From NCBI GenBank assembly GCA_000004695.1, contig CM000151.3, positions 7,168,001 to 7,232,000 of the forward strand: a stretch of DNA of 64,000 bases. Direction: 5' to 3'. Made by a program: the position numbers and the translations under genes. The stretch is from Dictyostelium discoideum (taxonomy: Eukaryota). The notes under the pieces were generated by a model. It saw nothing but the letters and a program-made list of their open reading frames with translations. It searched no databases and was not told the origin of the DNA. Positions 11,136-22,631 of the stretch are shown here, piece by piece. The first letter of the stretch is position 1. Each line of letters begins with the position of its first letter.

Positions 11136-14100
11136 ATGAAAAATAAAATAATTTTATTATGGTTGTTATTAATAGTGATCCTATGTACAATTTCAAATGT
11201 AAAAGGATGTGGTATGACAACACATAATACAGTGGCAAGAAGAGCATATAACTTCTCAAGTTTTGATGGTAACTATTAATGTTAATAAAAATAATGGGGA
11301 AATCAAAAACTAATTTATTTTTTTTATTTTTTATTTTTTATTTTTTTTATTTTTTTATTTTTTATTTTTTTTTATTATTTTCTTTTTTTTCTTTTTTTAT
11401 TTTTTTTTAAAATAGGTTTTGAACAATATCAAAAATATGTTTCAGAGAATTTTGATGTATTTGATGCAGGTGCAGCATTCCCAGATTTTGGATATGATTG
11501 TGGTGGATTAGCAAATGAATCAGAAGCAGCACATTGGCCACCATTTTTAAGAGCAGCAACTAAATACTTATTAGAAACTTATCCCCAACCATGGAGTTTG
11601 GATGGTATTAGATTAGCAGTATTTCTTTTAGGTGTAACTTCACATCAAATTGCTGATATTTCATGGCATTCAATTGGTGGTATTCAACAAGGTTTAATTC
11701 GTGCTATGGCAGGTCAAGATTTTAATGGTACTTATGAATTAGCTCATGGCAATGCTGATGAAGGTGGTGAATTTGAATTAGCTTATAATTATGATTTATC
11801 TTGGTTATCTGATAGTAAGTATAATATATATATATATATATATTAAATATTTAGCATTTATATTAATTATTATTATTATTATTATAAAATTTAGAATGGT
11901 ATGTGCCAATTACAGATATAAAGAATATTTTTCATTCAATGAATTATCCAAGAGTTGATGATGAAAATTTATTAAGATGTAATGCAATATTGTATGCTGG
12001 TGCAATGGGTGTTAAGATTGGTGGTAGATTTTTCTATCCTGAAATTGCAAAGAAATCACCATTCTTGGTTGACCATTATCAAGATTATTTCATTGGTGGT
12101 TTGGATGATATGTCAATTTGGACATCATATTGTTGGCCAGTATTAATGGGTTGGATGGATGGCGAAGATATTGGTGATTTTTGTTTTATTCAACCTGATC
12201 CAAATAATGATGATGACAATCAACATTTACGTTTACATCATAAACATTCAATATTAAAAAATGGTTCAAAAATTAAAGAAGCATTATCAAAATCAATTTT
12301 AAATGAAATGAAAATTACAAATAATGGTAAAGGTGTAACTTTTTCATTACCAAATTCAATGGAAAAAGCAATTAATCAAGTTTTAAATAAATTTAATCAA
12401 AATCCAATTGGCACATTATTAGAAAAATATTTACCAAATTTATTTAATAATAAAAATAAATTTTATCAAGAAAATGAAAATGAACAATATAATCATGATG
12501 AGGAGGAATTAAATATTATTGATATTGATATTGATATTGAAGAAGAAGAACAAGAAGAAGAAGAAGATAAACCAATTAGAATGTTATCAAAGAATAATAA
12601 TTTTAAAAATTATGAATATTTAAATGATAAAAAGAAATCATCATCGTCAAAATTAAAAAATAAATCTAAAAAGAATATAATTAAATTAAATTCAGATTCA
12701 AATGATTTAGGAACTAATTTTACAACTATTTATGGTCAAAATATGTATTCTTATTTTGGTAAAGATATTAGAAGCAAAGATTTGAATGGTGATGGATTTG
12801 ATGATTTAATTATATCATCACCAGGTTTTGGTGTGCCAGGTTCAATGCAAACTGGTTGTGTTTATTATATCATTTCAAATGGAAGTAGTGTTACAATTGA
12901 TGGTGGTAGTGGTTTCACATCAGAGTTTGATATTGATCAAGTTGCAACTGGTAAACTTTGTGGTAATGAAACTCATGCAAAATTTGGGTGGAATATTGAT
13001 GTATTAGATTTTAATTTAGATGGTATTTTTGATATTATTATTGGTGCACCATCTTCATCCAATGCAAATCTACAATATTTAGGTATGATATATATTTATC
13101 TTGGTGAAAAGAACAACCCTGCTGGTGAATGGAGTACAGAATCTGATTTACCAAGTATAACCATTCAAGGTATTGAATATGCTGATACTATTGGTACAGT
13201 TTTAAGAGTTGCCGATTGTAATGCCGATTCAAATGCAGATTTAATACTTGGTTCACCACATTCTGCTGGTGGTGGTACTCAACGTGGAACAGTTCAAATA
13301 TTTTATTCATCAAAAAAGAGAATCTCTGGTATTCCAATTAGTTTAAATGATGCAGATTATTATGGACATGGTGAAGTTGATTATGAATGGTTTGGTTATG
13401 AAATTAAGGTTGCAGGTCAAGGTGATAGTTCAACATTGTTGGTTGGTTCACCAAATTATCATGATGAAGAGACAGCAATTGTGAATATTGGTAAAATCAC
13501 ATCGTTCCCATATAATGTAAATTTAAATTCCTTTGATTTAAATCCAAAGTTTGTTATGGTTGGTGTTAATAAAAATGATAAACTTGGCTATAGTTATAAT
13601 ATGGTAAATGGCTCTTTATTTGGTTTGGATAATGTCAATGATATTATGGTACTTTCATTACCAACGAGAGGATTTGGTGATGATTTCGACCAAGTTGGTG
13701 AGGTGGTATTAATTGATATCGATAATCTATCAGGTTTCGTCGAGATTAAGAATGTAAATCTTTTACTCTCTATTAAAGGTACAACCAAATATTCAAGATT
13801 TGGTGAAAGTTTATTAATTGGTAAATTAGAATCAACTGATGAATTTGCTCGTCTATTCGTTGGTGCTCCATTATGGACCGATTCAATCGATACTGGTCCT
13901 GGTTGTGTTTTCACTTTCTTACCAAATCAACACCTTACAAATGATCCTGCAGTTTTAAAACAAAATATAATTAATAATACACCAGTGGTTATCTATGATT
14001 CAACTCATAGTATCAAAACTTTTAGAATTGACGATGACAGTGGTAGTAGTGGTGGTAGATCATTCAATAATAAAAGAAAAGATAGTAGATTCGGTTTTAG

Positions 14101-14209
14101 AATACTTTTATCCGATTTTAATAATGATGGTAAAAATGATTTAATAGTTAGTGCCGATCGTGATTCTTCAAAAATATTAGAAGGTGGATCAATTAATATA
14201 TTTCAATAA
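11136..14209 (+). CDS. Glycosylphosphatidylinositol-specific phospholipase D (GPLD1) homolog: signal peptide, an N-terminal Zn-dependent PLC-like catalytic domain, and FG-GAP beta-propeller repeats. Three exons: 11136..11268, 11416..11814, 11895..14209.
   Basis: The translation contains CGMTTHNTVARRAYNF..., ...HWPPFL..., LGVTSHQIADISWHSIGG, RWYVPITD and KSPFLVDHYQDYFIGGLDDMSIW. These are collinear with mammalian GPI-PLD (CGLSTH..., ITSHMAADVSWHSLG, RRWYVPV, KSPFLVEQFQEYFLGGLDDMAFW). Multiple FG-GAP motifs follow (FGWNIDVLDFNLDGIFDIIIGAP, FGYEIKVAGQGDSSTLLVGSP). Splice sites are GATG|gtaact...atag|GT (phase 1) and GATA|gtaagt...ttag|AA (phase 1). Confidence 0.85.
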
Positions 14210-14241
14210 TTGGAAAAAAACATATATACATTATTATTAAC

Positions 14242-14242
<1 letters not shown>

Positions 14243-14335
<93 letters not shown>
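14243..14335. repeat. (ATA/TAA)n trinucleotide microsatellite, about 31 units, in the 3' flank of the GPI-PLD gene.
   Basis: Seen directly: a perfect aataataat... run. Confidence 0.9.
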
Positions 14336-14464
14336 TAATAGGGAAAATCAAATACAATTGTAAATTAAATATTTAAATAAATTTTTTTTTTTTTTTTTTT
14401 ATTTTTTTATTTCTTTAAACAATAATTGATAAATTTTGTTTGTAGATAATTATTTTTAAATTGT

Positions 14465-15317
14465 TTAAAGATTACAAAATACTTGTTGATTAAATTCTTG
14501 ACAATATTGGACACCGGTTTTAAAAAATTCGGAATAGGTATATCTAATACAATTGTTTTGATTGTGAGAGTAGTATTGATCAAAGTTTGTAGAATTACAA
14601 GTTACTTGATATGCTGTACTTTCACTAGTTAATAAGCATCTATTAATTGGTGTATATCTAATTGTTGTAAATGTTTGTTTCCAATTACCACCACATTCTC
14701 CTGTATAATCAAATACAACTAATGTATCTTTTGGAATTACAATTTCTGACGAATCAATAATAGTATATATATATGACCCTGATAATTTACAATCCATTAC
14801 ACATTCATCAATTTTAAAATGTTCAATACTGTAAAAGGTTCTATATTATTATGAATTTTATATTAATATCATTATTATTATTTATTATTATTATTTTTTA
14901 TTATTATTATTAAGAAACTTACTGGCATCTATCTTCTGTATATGCAGTTTTTGAAATTGTACCATTGGCATAATCTACTCTGTAGATGTAATAATAATAA
15001 TTATCATTATCCATTAAAAGGCACTCACCGACTACAACGAATAATTCATTTTCAATTTCACTGTTATCACAATCTTGAATTGATGATGACCAACTTGCAG
15101 ATTGAGAATTACCACCATCAATATTACCTAAATTTAACATTCTTTCGTCTGTTGCAAAACTACCTGTTGACATTGGTCCTAAACCACTGGAATCAGAATC
15201 TCTACAACGATATTGATCATATTGGAATGTCTTTATTGAAATTACTGATTCACCACTAGATAAATAAAAATTATTTACTGAAACTAATATTAAAACTAAA
15301 AATGTTAAAAATTTCAT
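14465..15317 (-). CDS. Secreted cysteine-rich protein, copy A of a tandem three-gene family (~254 aa, signal peptide MKFLTFLVLILVS...). Two exons on the minus strand: 14923..15317 and 14465..14828, with a 94-bp intron (donor CA|GTAAGT, acceptor ttttacAG).
   Basis: ORFs 14919..15317(-) and 14465..14797(-) join in phase 2 through an AT-rich intron, giving ...AYTEDRC-H-IEHFKIDECVMDCKLSGSY... About 12 conserved Cys are shared with the paralogs. I recognise no family, so the fold and function are unknown. Confidence 0.6.
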
Positions 15318-15823
15318 TTTTTATTTCTATCGATTATAAAATGATTTCTTTTTTTTTAATTTATACTTGCCTTAATAAAAAAAAAAAAAAAAAAAAAAAA
15401 TTTAAACCGTAAATTATTTCCCACCAAGCGATAAAAGACGACCTTTTTTTATTTTTTAAAAAATTTAAATTTTAACATTTTAATAAAAAAAAATATCTCC
15501 GGGCTCAATTTTTTTTTTTTTATTAAGGCAAGTATAAATTATTAATAAAAAAAAAAAAAAAAAAAAAAGGAAATTTACAAAAACTTTTACAACAACCTCT
15601 TTTTTTATTAACATTATCACCAAAACAATAAAAATTTATAAAATGGCTACCTTAAAAGATAAGAAAAAAAAAAAAAAAAAAAAAAATGGTAACAAAAAAT
15701 CGGGCATGTGTCTCGTTAGGAAATTGCAGGCGCTCTTTAAATATTTTAAGTAGTAGCGTAATAATAGTATAATATAATTTTTATTTTTATTTTTATTTTT
15801 TTATTTTAAAAATAATTATATAA

Positions 15824-16702
15824 TTAAATATTACAAAATACTTGTTGATTGAATTCAGCACAATATTGAACACCAGTTTTATGTTCCATATCAGAATAAT
15901 ATCTAATACAATTGTTTTGATTGTATGAGTAGTATTGATTAAAGTTTGTAGAATTACAAGTTACTTGATATGCTGTACTTTCACTAGTTAATAAGCATCT
16001 ATTAATTGGTGTATATCTAATTGTTGTAAATGTTTGATTCCAATTAACACCACATTCTCCTGTATAATCAAATACAACTAATGTATCTTTTGGAATTACA
16101 ATCTCTGACGAATCAATAATAGTATATATATATGACCCTGATAATTTACAATCCATTACACATTCATCAATTTTAAAATGTTCAATACTGTAAAAGTTTC
16201 TATAATATATAATGATAATGTTTTTATATTAATATCATTATTATTATTATTTATTATTATTTTTACTATTATTATTATTATTATTATTATTTTTAATAAG
16301 AAACTTACTGGCATCTATCTTCTGTATATCCAGTTTTTGAAATTGTACCATTGGCATAATCAATTCTGTAGATGTAATAATAAAAGTCATCATTATCCAA
16401 TAAAAGACATTCACCAACTACAATGAATAATTCATTTTCAATTTCACTGTTATCACAATCTTGAATTGATGATGACCAACTTGCAGATTGAGAATTACCA
16501 CCATCAATATTACCTAAATTTAACATTCTTTCGTCTGTTGCAAAACTACCTGTTGACATTGGTCCTAAACCACTGGAATCATCATTTCTACAACGATATT
16601 GATCATATTGGAATGTCTTTATTGAAATTACTGATTCACCACTAGAAAAATAAAAATTATTATTGAAACCAATATTAAAACTAAAAATGTTAAAAATTTC
16701 AT
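15824..16702 (-). pseudogene. Copy B of the secreted Cys-rich family. The exon/intron structure is the same (exons about 16309..16702 and 15824..16187), but a 1-bp deletion in the signal-peptide region frameshifts the N-terminus. Either a pseudogene or an assembly indel.
   Basis: Copy B reads ...gtttcaataataatttttatttttctagt... where copies A and C have ...tcagtaaataatttttatttatctagt. Reading from the ATG at 16702-16700 hits TAA after 25 codons, and the mature-protein frame has a TAA immediately upstream. The rest of the ORF (16305..16559 and 15824..16156) is intact and 85-90% identical to copy A. Confidence 0.5.
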
Positions 16703-17218
16703 TTTTTATTTCTATCGATTATAAAATGATTTCTTTTTTTTTTTTTTTTATTTATACTCACCTTTATAAAAAAATAAAAAAAAAAAATTAAACCCGAAAT
16801 TTCTATTATTTCCAACCTACAACCAAACAGATAAGACGGAAAAGGTGACCTTTTTAAAAAATTAAATTGTTAGGGATAAAAATTGAACTCATAATTTCCG
16901 AGCCAAATTTTTTAACAAAAAAAAAAAAATTACAAAAACTTTTCCTTTTTCAACCATTGCCCAAAACTTTTTTATCAAAGTTAAAAATCCCATTTCAATT
17001 AATGATCACTATTCAAAAAAAAAATATTCATTTAATACCAATTTATAAGGAGTTATACAAAACTTATATAGATAATTTTTTTTTAAAAAAAAAAAAAAAC
17101 AAAAACAAATATTAAAAGATAATTTCGGACACTATTTAGTGGAGCGTAAAATATAATTTAATTTTTTATTATTTTTTTATTTTTTATTTTTTTAAAAATA
17201 ATTAAAATAATTATATAA

Positions 17219-17658
17219 TTAAACATTACAAAATGCTTGTTGATTGAATTCTTTACAATATTGAACACCAGTTCTGTGTTCGATTTCAGAACTATATCTA
17301 ATACAATTGTTTTGATTGTAAGAGTAGAATTCATTAAAGTTTGTAGAATTACAAGTTATTTGATATGCAGTATTTTCACCGGTTAATAAGCATCTATTAA
17401 TTGGTGTATATCTAATTGTTGTAAAAGTTTGTTTCCAATTACCACTACATTCTCCTGTATAATCGAATACAACTAATGTATTTTTTGGAATTACAATTTC
17501 TGATGAATCAATAATAGTAAATAAATATGGTCCTGATAATTTACAATCCTTTACACATTCATCAATTTTGAAATGTTCAACTCTGGAAAAGGTTCTGTTT
17601 TTTATTATATTTATTATTATTATTTTATTAATATTATTTTTATTATTATTATTTTTTA

Positions 17659-17692
<34 letters not shown>

Positions 17693-18104
17693 ATTATTAA
17701 TAAGAAACTTACTCGCATCTATCATCTGAATATGCAGTTTTTGAAATTGTACCATTGGTATAATCAACTCTGTAGGTGTAGTAATAATAATAATCACCAT
17801 CCATTGGGAGACATTCACCGACTACAACGAAAAATTCATTTTCAATTTCACTGTTATCACAATCTTCAACTGATGATGACCAACTTGCAGATTGAGAATT
17901 ACCACCATCAATATTACCTAAATTTAAAATTCTTTCGTCTGTTGCAAAACTACCTGTTGACATTGGTCCTAAACCACTGGAATCATCTCTACAACGATAT
18001 TGATCATATTGGAATGTCTTTATTGAAATTACTGATTTACCACTAGATAAATAAAAATTATTTATTGAAACCAATATTAAAACTAAAAATGTTAAAAATT
18101 TCAT
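17219..18104 (-). CDS. Copy C of the secreted Cys-rich family (~250 aa). Minus-strand exons 17713..18104 and 17219..17591 (donor GA|GTAAGT, acceptor ttttccAG).
   Basis: The true start is the internal MKFLTFLVLILVSINNFYLSSG of ORF 17709..18215. The second ORF, 17219..17818, reads through the intron. The join gives ...YSDDRC-E-VEHFKIDECVKDCKLSGPY... Confidence 0.6.
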
Positions 18105-18561
18105 TTTTTTTTTTTTTTTTTTTTTTGTATTGATATAAAAAGAAAAGAGGTTATTAAAATTAAATGAAAAAAAAAAAAAAAAAAATTGAATTTTCAAAAA
18201 AAAAAAAAAAATCACAAAAAAAAAAAACCATCAAAAAAATCACGAAAAACCATCAAAAAAAAAAATCATTAAAAATCCAATAATGACGAATCTTTTTGAT
18301 ATTTATAAACGCGTTTTTTTAGGTAATTTTTCTTTATTTTTTCTTTTTCTTTTTTTTTTTTTAAAAAAAAAATAATGGCTTTTTTAATATTAATATCATT
18401 ATTGTAAAATATTATTTGCAAATATTAGATTCTTTTAATTATAAAAAAAAAAAAAAAAAAAAAAATAAAAAATAATTCGTTTAACTTTACTTTCAACCAA
18501 TTTTTATTTTTAATAATTCTAATATATTTATAAATAATTATTTTTCATTCAATCAAGATTT

Positions 18562-18621
<60 letters not shown>

Positions 18622-18639
18622 AAATTGATTGTTTAAAAG

Positions 18640-18821
18640 GTGACAATTATTGGTTTGAAAAATTTGATTTTTTTTTTTTGTTTAGTTGGATAGCTCAAAT
18701 GGTTGGATAAATTTGATTTTTTTTTTTGAATTGGATAACGCAATTATTAGTTGCTTCTCCTTGGATGCTAGATCTCATTTTATTAGTAGTGTTTTTTACA
18801 GGGTCTCCAAAAGAGGGTTAG

Positions 18822-18854
<33 letters not shown>

Positions 18855-19625
18855 GAATTTTTTTTTTTTTTTTTTTTTTTGAATTTTGAATTGTATTATT
18901 ACTTTTGATTAAAATATCTTTTTTGTCCAAACTTTTTTCTAAATCTTTTTTTATTTTATCGTCGGCTTCATGATTGATGTTTATGACATATTTGAATTGT
19001 TTTTTTTTTATTTGAGTTTTGTCTACAATTTCGCTTTTTTTTTGTGGGCATTTGCATTGCTTAATATTTGTGGTGTTGTTTGTAATTTTCATCTTATTTT
19101 CTTTCTATTTTTTTTATTTTACTTTAAAAAGTTAAGATTTATGAATGGTATTTAATTGTTTTATTGATTTTGAGGCTGGTTTTGTCTCCATAGTCTTTCT
19201 CCTTTCTTTTGTTGCTCGTATTATGGTATTATTAATTCAATGATTACCATGTTGTGATAAGATTTTTAATTTGATTCCTTAAATAGTTTGTTTTTTTCGA
19301 TCTGATTATTTTTTTCTTTTTCTTGAAACCATAGTTTGTTTTTCCAGCTTAGCAAAATTTTCAAAACCAAACAAAAAATAAATTACAATAAAGTAAAAAG
19401 ATGGCTTTTTAAAATAGTTCATTTATTTATTAATTTATTTGTTTTATAAGTCTTTTTATATGAAAAATGAAATAATCAAAAAAAGAGATTATTTGTTTTT
19501 TCTATCTGATTGAAGGATAAATTTTATTTTTTTTTGAATGGAATAACGCAATTTTTAGTTGCTTCTTCTTGAGATATATCTCATTTTATTAATTTTATTA
19601 TTACAGGTGCCTTTTTAGGTTGTAT

Positions 19626-19668
<43 letters not shown>

Positions 19669-19960
19669 TTGGGTGTAGAGTGTGTTTAGTGATGTAATAT
19701 ATTTGTTGAGGTTTGATGGTAGTGCTACTGTGAGTAGTGGTGAGTTCCAATGTTTGCTAAATCTTTCGAGTTGTAGGGAGATGATGTTTTTGAATTTTTT
19801 TATTTGGTTGCTTTTTTTTCTTGTCTGATTAGTTTGCATATGTTGTTTTTTGTTCTATCCCAGGCTGTTGTTTGAGTTTTCTTTAGTTCGTGTGCTAGTA
19901 GTTGTTTTCTTAAGTTTTTGAGTGTTATTCCTTCAGGAGAAATTTTATAAATATTTCTAA
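18640..19960. mobile_element. Retroelement-like, T/G-rich (on the plus strand) non-coding region immediately upstream of tRNA-Phe. It contains two copies of an ~85-bp unit (18715-18800 and 19535-19617, gaat(t)ggataacgcaatt(a/t)ttagttgcttct(c/t)cttg(g/a)gat...ctcattttatta...acagg...), each followed by a 40-55-bp poly-T (18827-18880, 19633-19676). This is consistent with nested or truncated copies of a tRNA-gene-targeted non-LTR element (TRE5-like) on the minus strand with oligo(A) tails.
   Basis: The base composition here differs from surrounding DNA (G+T-rich, few A runs). The poly(T) tracts read as poly(A) on the minus strand. The region ends about 30 bp before the tRNA. There is no long ORF, so if this is a TRE element it is a non-autonomous or truncated copy. 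Assignment to TRE5 rests on its position and general knowledge, not on recognised sequence. Confidence 0.3.
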
Positions 19961-19980
19961 TTTAATTTTAAAAAATATAA

Positions 19981-20054
19981 GCCTTAGTAGCTCAGTTGGT
20001 ACGAGCGTGAGACTGAAGATCTTAAGGTCGCTGGTTCGATCCCGGCCTGAGGCA
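19981..20054 (+). tRNA. tRNA-Phe (anticodon GAA), 74 nt, no intron, CCA not encoded.
   Basis: Cloverleaf: acceptor GCCTTAG/CTGAGGC (one G-U pair), D-arm GCTC-AGTTGGTAC-GAGC, anticodon stem TGAGA/TCTTA with loop CTGAAGA (U33, GAA at 34-36, G37 as in tRNA-Phe), and T-arm GCTGG-TTCGATC-CCGGC. The A-box (TAGCTCAGTTGG) and B-box (GGTTCGATCCC) are present. Confidence 0.9.
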
Positions 20055-20082
20055 AAATTTCCTATTATCTTTAAGCAGATCG

Positions 20083-20099
20083 CTGGTTCGAATCCAGGG
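20083..20099 (+). promoter_or_regulatory. Extra B-box (exB) downstream of the tRNA gene, GCTGGTTCGAATCCAGG, about 30 bp 3' of tRNA-Phe.
   Basis: A second perfect B-box consensus (GGTTCGAATCC) sits 41 bp after the tRNA's own B-box. This is a characteristic feature of Dictyostelium tRNA genes. Confidence 0.6.
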
Positions 20100-20684
20100 T
20101 TAGAGGCAGTGTTCCGACTGGGGAGGAGACAATTAGTCACACTTATGAATTCTCAAAAATAACAAAACAATAAACAAAATCATACCTATAATACCTTTCC
20201 ACATGAAAAAAGACCATAAAGTTAACATAGACTACATTCATTCAAAATTTGATGAATCACTTTTTGAATGGTGTTATAAATCATTGGATTATCATCAAAA
20301 GACACACTTTGAATTTGTAACAAAAAGCGATTACAGTAAACAAATTAAAAATATTAAAAATCAAAGACTACTGTATAATAAAATAAACACATGATATTTA
20401 AATCTTGTAGTAAATTTTTTTTTTTTTTTTTTTCAGATATTAATTAATTATTTGCAACTCTTTATTTTTATTAAATAATTATAATAATAATTATAGCTAT
20501 AAAAATAATTCACTGTATTTAAAAATTAAAACTCTTTATTTTACATTTTAAAAATAAAATTCATTAAAAAACTATTAATTAATGATTGTTTCTTTTAATG
20601 AATAAAAAAAAAAGAGTTCAAAGCGTTTTGAAAAAAAAAAAAAAAAAAAAAACAATTCTTATTTTTATATTTTTATTCATTCCT

Positions 20685-20728
<44 letters not shown>

Positions 20729-21018
20729 GTAAGCAAAATATTTCTCTTAAAAAAAAAAATTTCAAAAAAAAAAAAAAATAAATCCTAAAAACCAAGGATA
20801 CCAAAAATGGATCAAAATAAATAAAAAAAATAAATAAAGAAAAATAAAAAAAGGTAAAAAAAGTAATCATCGATGATCAAACAAACAAAGGGGTGTTTTA
20901 AAAAAAAAAAAAAATATTATTTATTTATTATTTTTTTAAATTTTTTAAATAAAATAAATAAAATAAAAATTAATTAAAAAAAAAACAAAACAATTTTTTA
21001 ATGAAAGTCTAATATTTG

Positions 21019-21049
<31 letters not shown>

Positions 21050-21407
21050 GAAAATTGAAATGATAAAAAAAAAAAAAAATTGAAAATTTTAAACAACACC
21101 CCCAACCACCATCTCAAAAAAAAAAATTATCCTTTTTTATTTTTATTATTTTTTTTTTTTTTTTTTTATCATTTTTATAAATAAATATTCATAAATAAAA
21201 AAAAAAAAAAAAAACCAACATCAATTTTTTTTTTATTTTATTTTATATATATTTTTTTTTTTGTACATAGTTATCTATTATATATTTATATATATATACA
21301 TAAAAAATCATATAAATTAATATATATAAAAAAAATAAATTAAATTAAAATTAAATAAAAATAAAAAAATAAAAAAAATAAAAAATAAAATAAAATAAAA
21401 AAAGGGG

Positions 21408-22548
21408 ATGAGTACTAATAATAATAAAGCACCAACATCACAATCAAGTGATAAAAGTGCGACAACAGAATCAAAGTTAAATGATAATGAAAATACAGAA
21501 ACAGAAACCAAAACAGATGAAAACAATGAAGAAAAACCAAAGATGACATTGAAACCACCACAACCAAAAATTGAAAATAAGGTATCAACCATTGATAGAG
21601 TTGTACCAAGTGTAAAATATCCAAAATCTTTACCTCTTCCACATGATGTTTTATTCAATGAAGATAAAACTATAAATTTACCAAAGTTACAAGAACATTT
21701 CTTTGCAGAAGGTAGATTAAATCATGACGATGTTATTGAAATCGTTAAAATGGCAGCTGAAATTTTAGAAAAAGAACCAACTTTAATTCAAGTTGAAGCA
21801 CCAATTACAGGTAATATCTTTTTTTTTAAAAATTTTATTTTTTCATATTTTTTTTTAAAAAAAAAAAAAAAAAAAAAATTGAGATATCTAACAATTAAAT
21901 CTTTTTATTTTTATTTTCTATTTTTATTTTTTATTAAATCACAAAAATAAAAAAAAAAAATAAAAAATAAAAATATTTTTATATATATATAATTTTAGTA
22001 TGTGGTGATACTCATGGTCAATTTTATGATTTAATTAAAATATTTGAAAATGATATTGGTGGTAACCCAGCAAATACAAATTATTTGTTTTTAGGTGATT
22101 ATGTTGACAGAGGTTATTTTTCAATGGAAGTCATCATTTATCTCTATGCTTGTAAAATTAATTATCCAAATACTTTCTTCCTCTTGAGAGGTAATCACGA
22201 ATGTAGACATTTAACAGAATATTTCACTTTTAAAGAAGAATGTAATTATCTAACCTAATTCTTTCATTTATCAATAACCAATCAAAAAAACAATTCTCAG
22301 AGAATTAATTTAATGTATTAATAAATTCTATTTTTTTTTAAATTTTATTTTTAGGTTTACATAAATATTCAGAAGAAGTTTATGATTTCATTACAGAATC
22401 ATTCAATGCATTACCATTAGCAGCTTTAATGAATGGTAAATTCCTTTGTATTCATGGTGGTTTATCACCTGATATTAAAACTGTATGTATATTATTTTTC
22501 AGTCAGTCAGTCAATTAATTAATTAAAATATAAAATATTAATTTTTTA

Positions 22549-22631
<83 letters not shown>

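Noticed and set aside
14942-15259. Plus-strand ORFs (also 16178-16426 and 17573-18046) antisense to the tandem Cys-rich genes.
   Set aside because: They overlap the clearly coding minus-strand exons and are themselves repeated only because the sense genes are. Their composition (H/Y/L/N-rich) is typical of antisense of AT-rich coding sequence.
15690-15760. GC-containing block (aatcgggcatgtgtctcgttaggaaattgcaggcgctctttaaat) between Cys-rich copies A and B. I considered a small ncRNA (for example Class I RNA, or snRNA).
   Set aside because: I could not match it to a known ncRNA signature or a convincing stem structure by eye. A weaker counterpart exists between copies B and C (17100-17160), so it is probably part of the duplicated 3' flank or terminator region.
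18270-18340. Possible plus-strand first exon ATGACGAATCTTTTTGATATTTATAAACGCGTTTTTTTAG|gtaatt (MTNLFDIYKRVFL-).
   Set aside because: It has a good donor site, but I could not find a downstream exon in the following retroelement-like T-rich region. It may be a disrupted gene remnant next to the insertion. The evidence is insufficient.
19925-20140. Minus-strand 71-aa ORF spanning the tRNA.
   Set aside because: It overlaps the tRNA-Phe gene and its ex-B box exactly, so it is an artefact of the GC-rich tRNA sequence.
20203-20394. 63-aa plus-strand ORF just downstream of the tRNA (MKKDHKVNIDYIHSKFDESLFEWCYKSLDYHQKTHFEFV...).
   Set aside because: It is reasonably complex in sequence but short, with no recognisable motif and no splice partners found. 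It could be a small gene or a fragment of a TRE3-type element downstream of the tRNA, and it cannot be supported from sequence alone.
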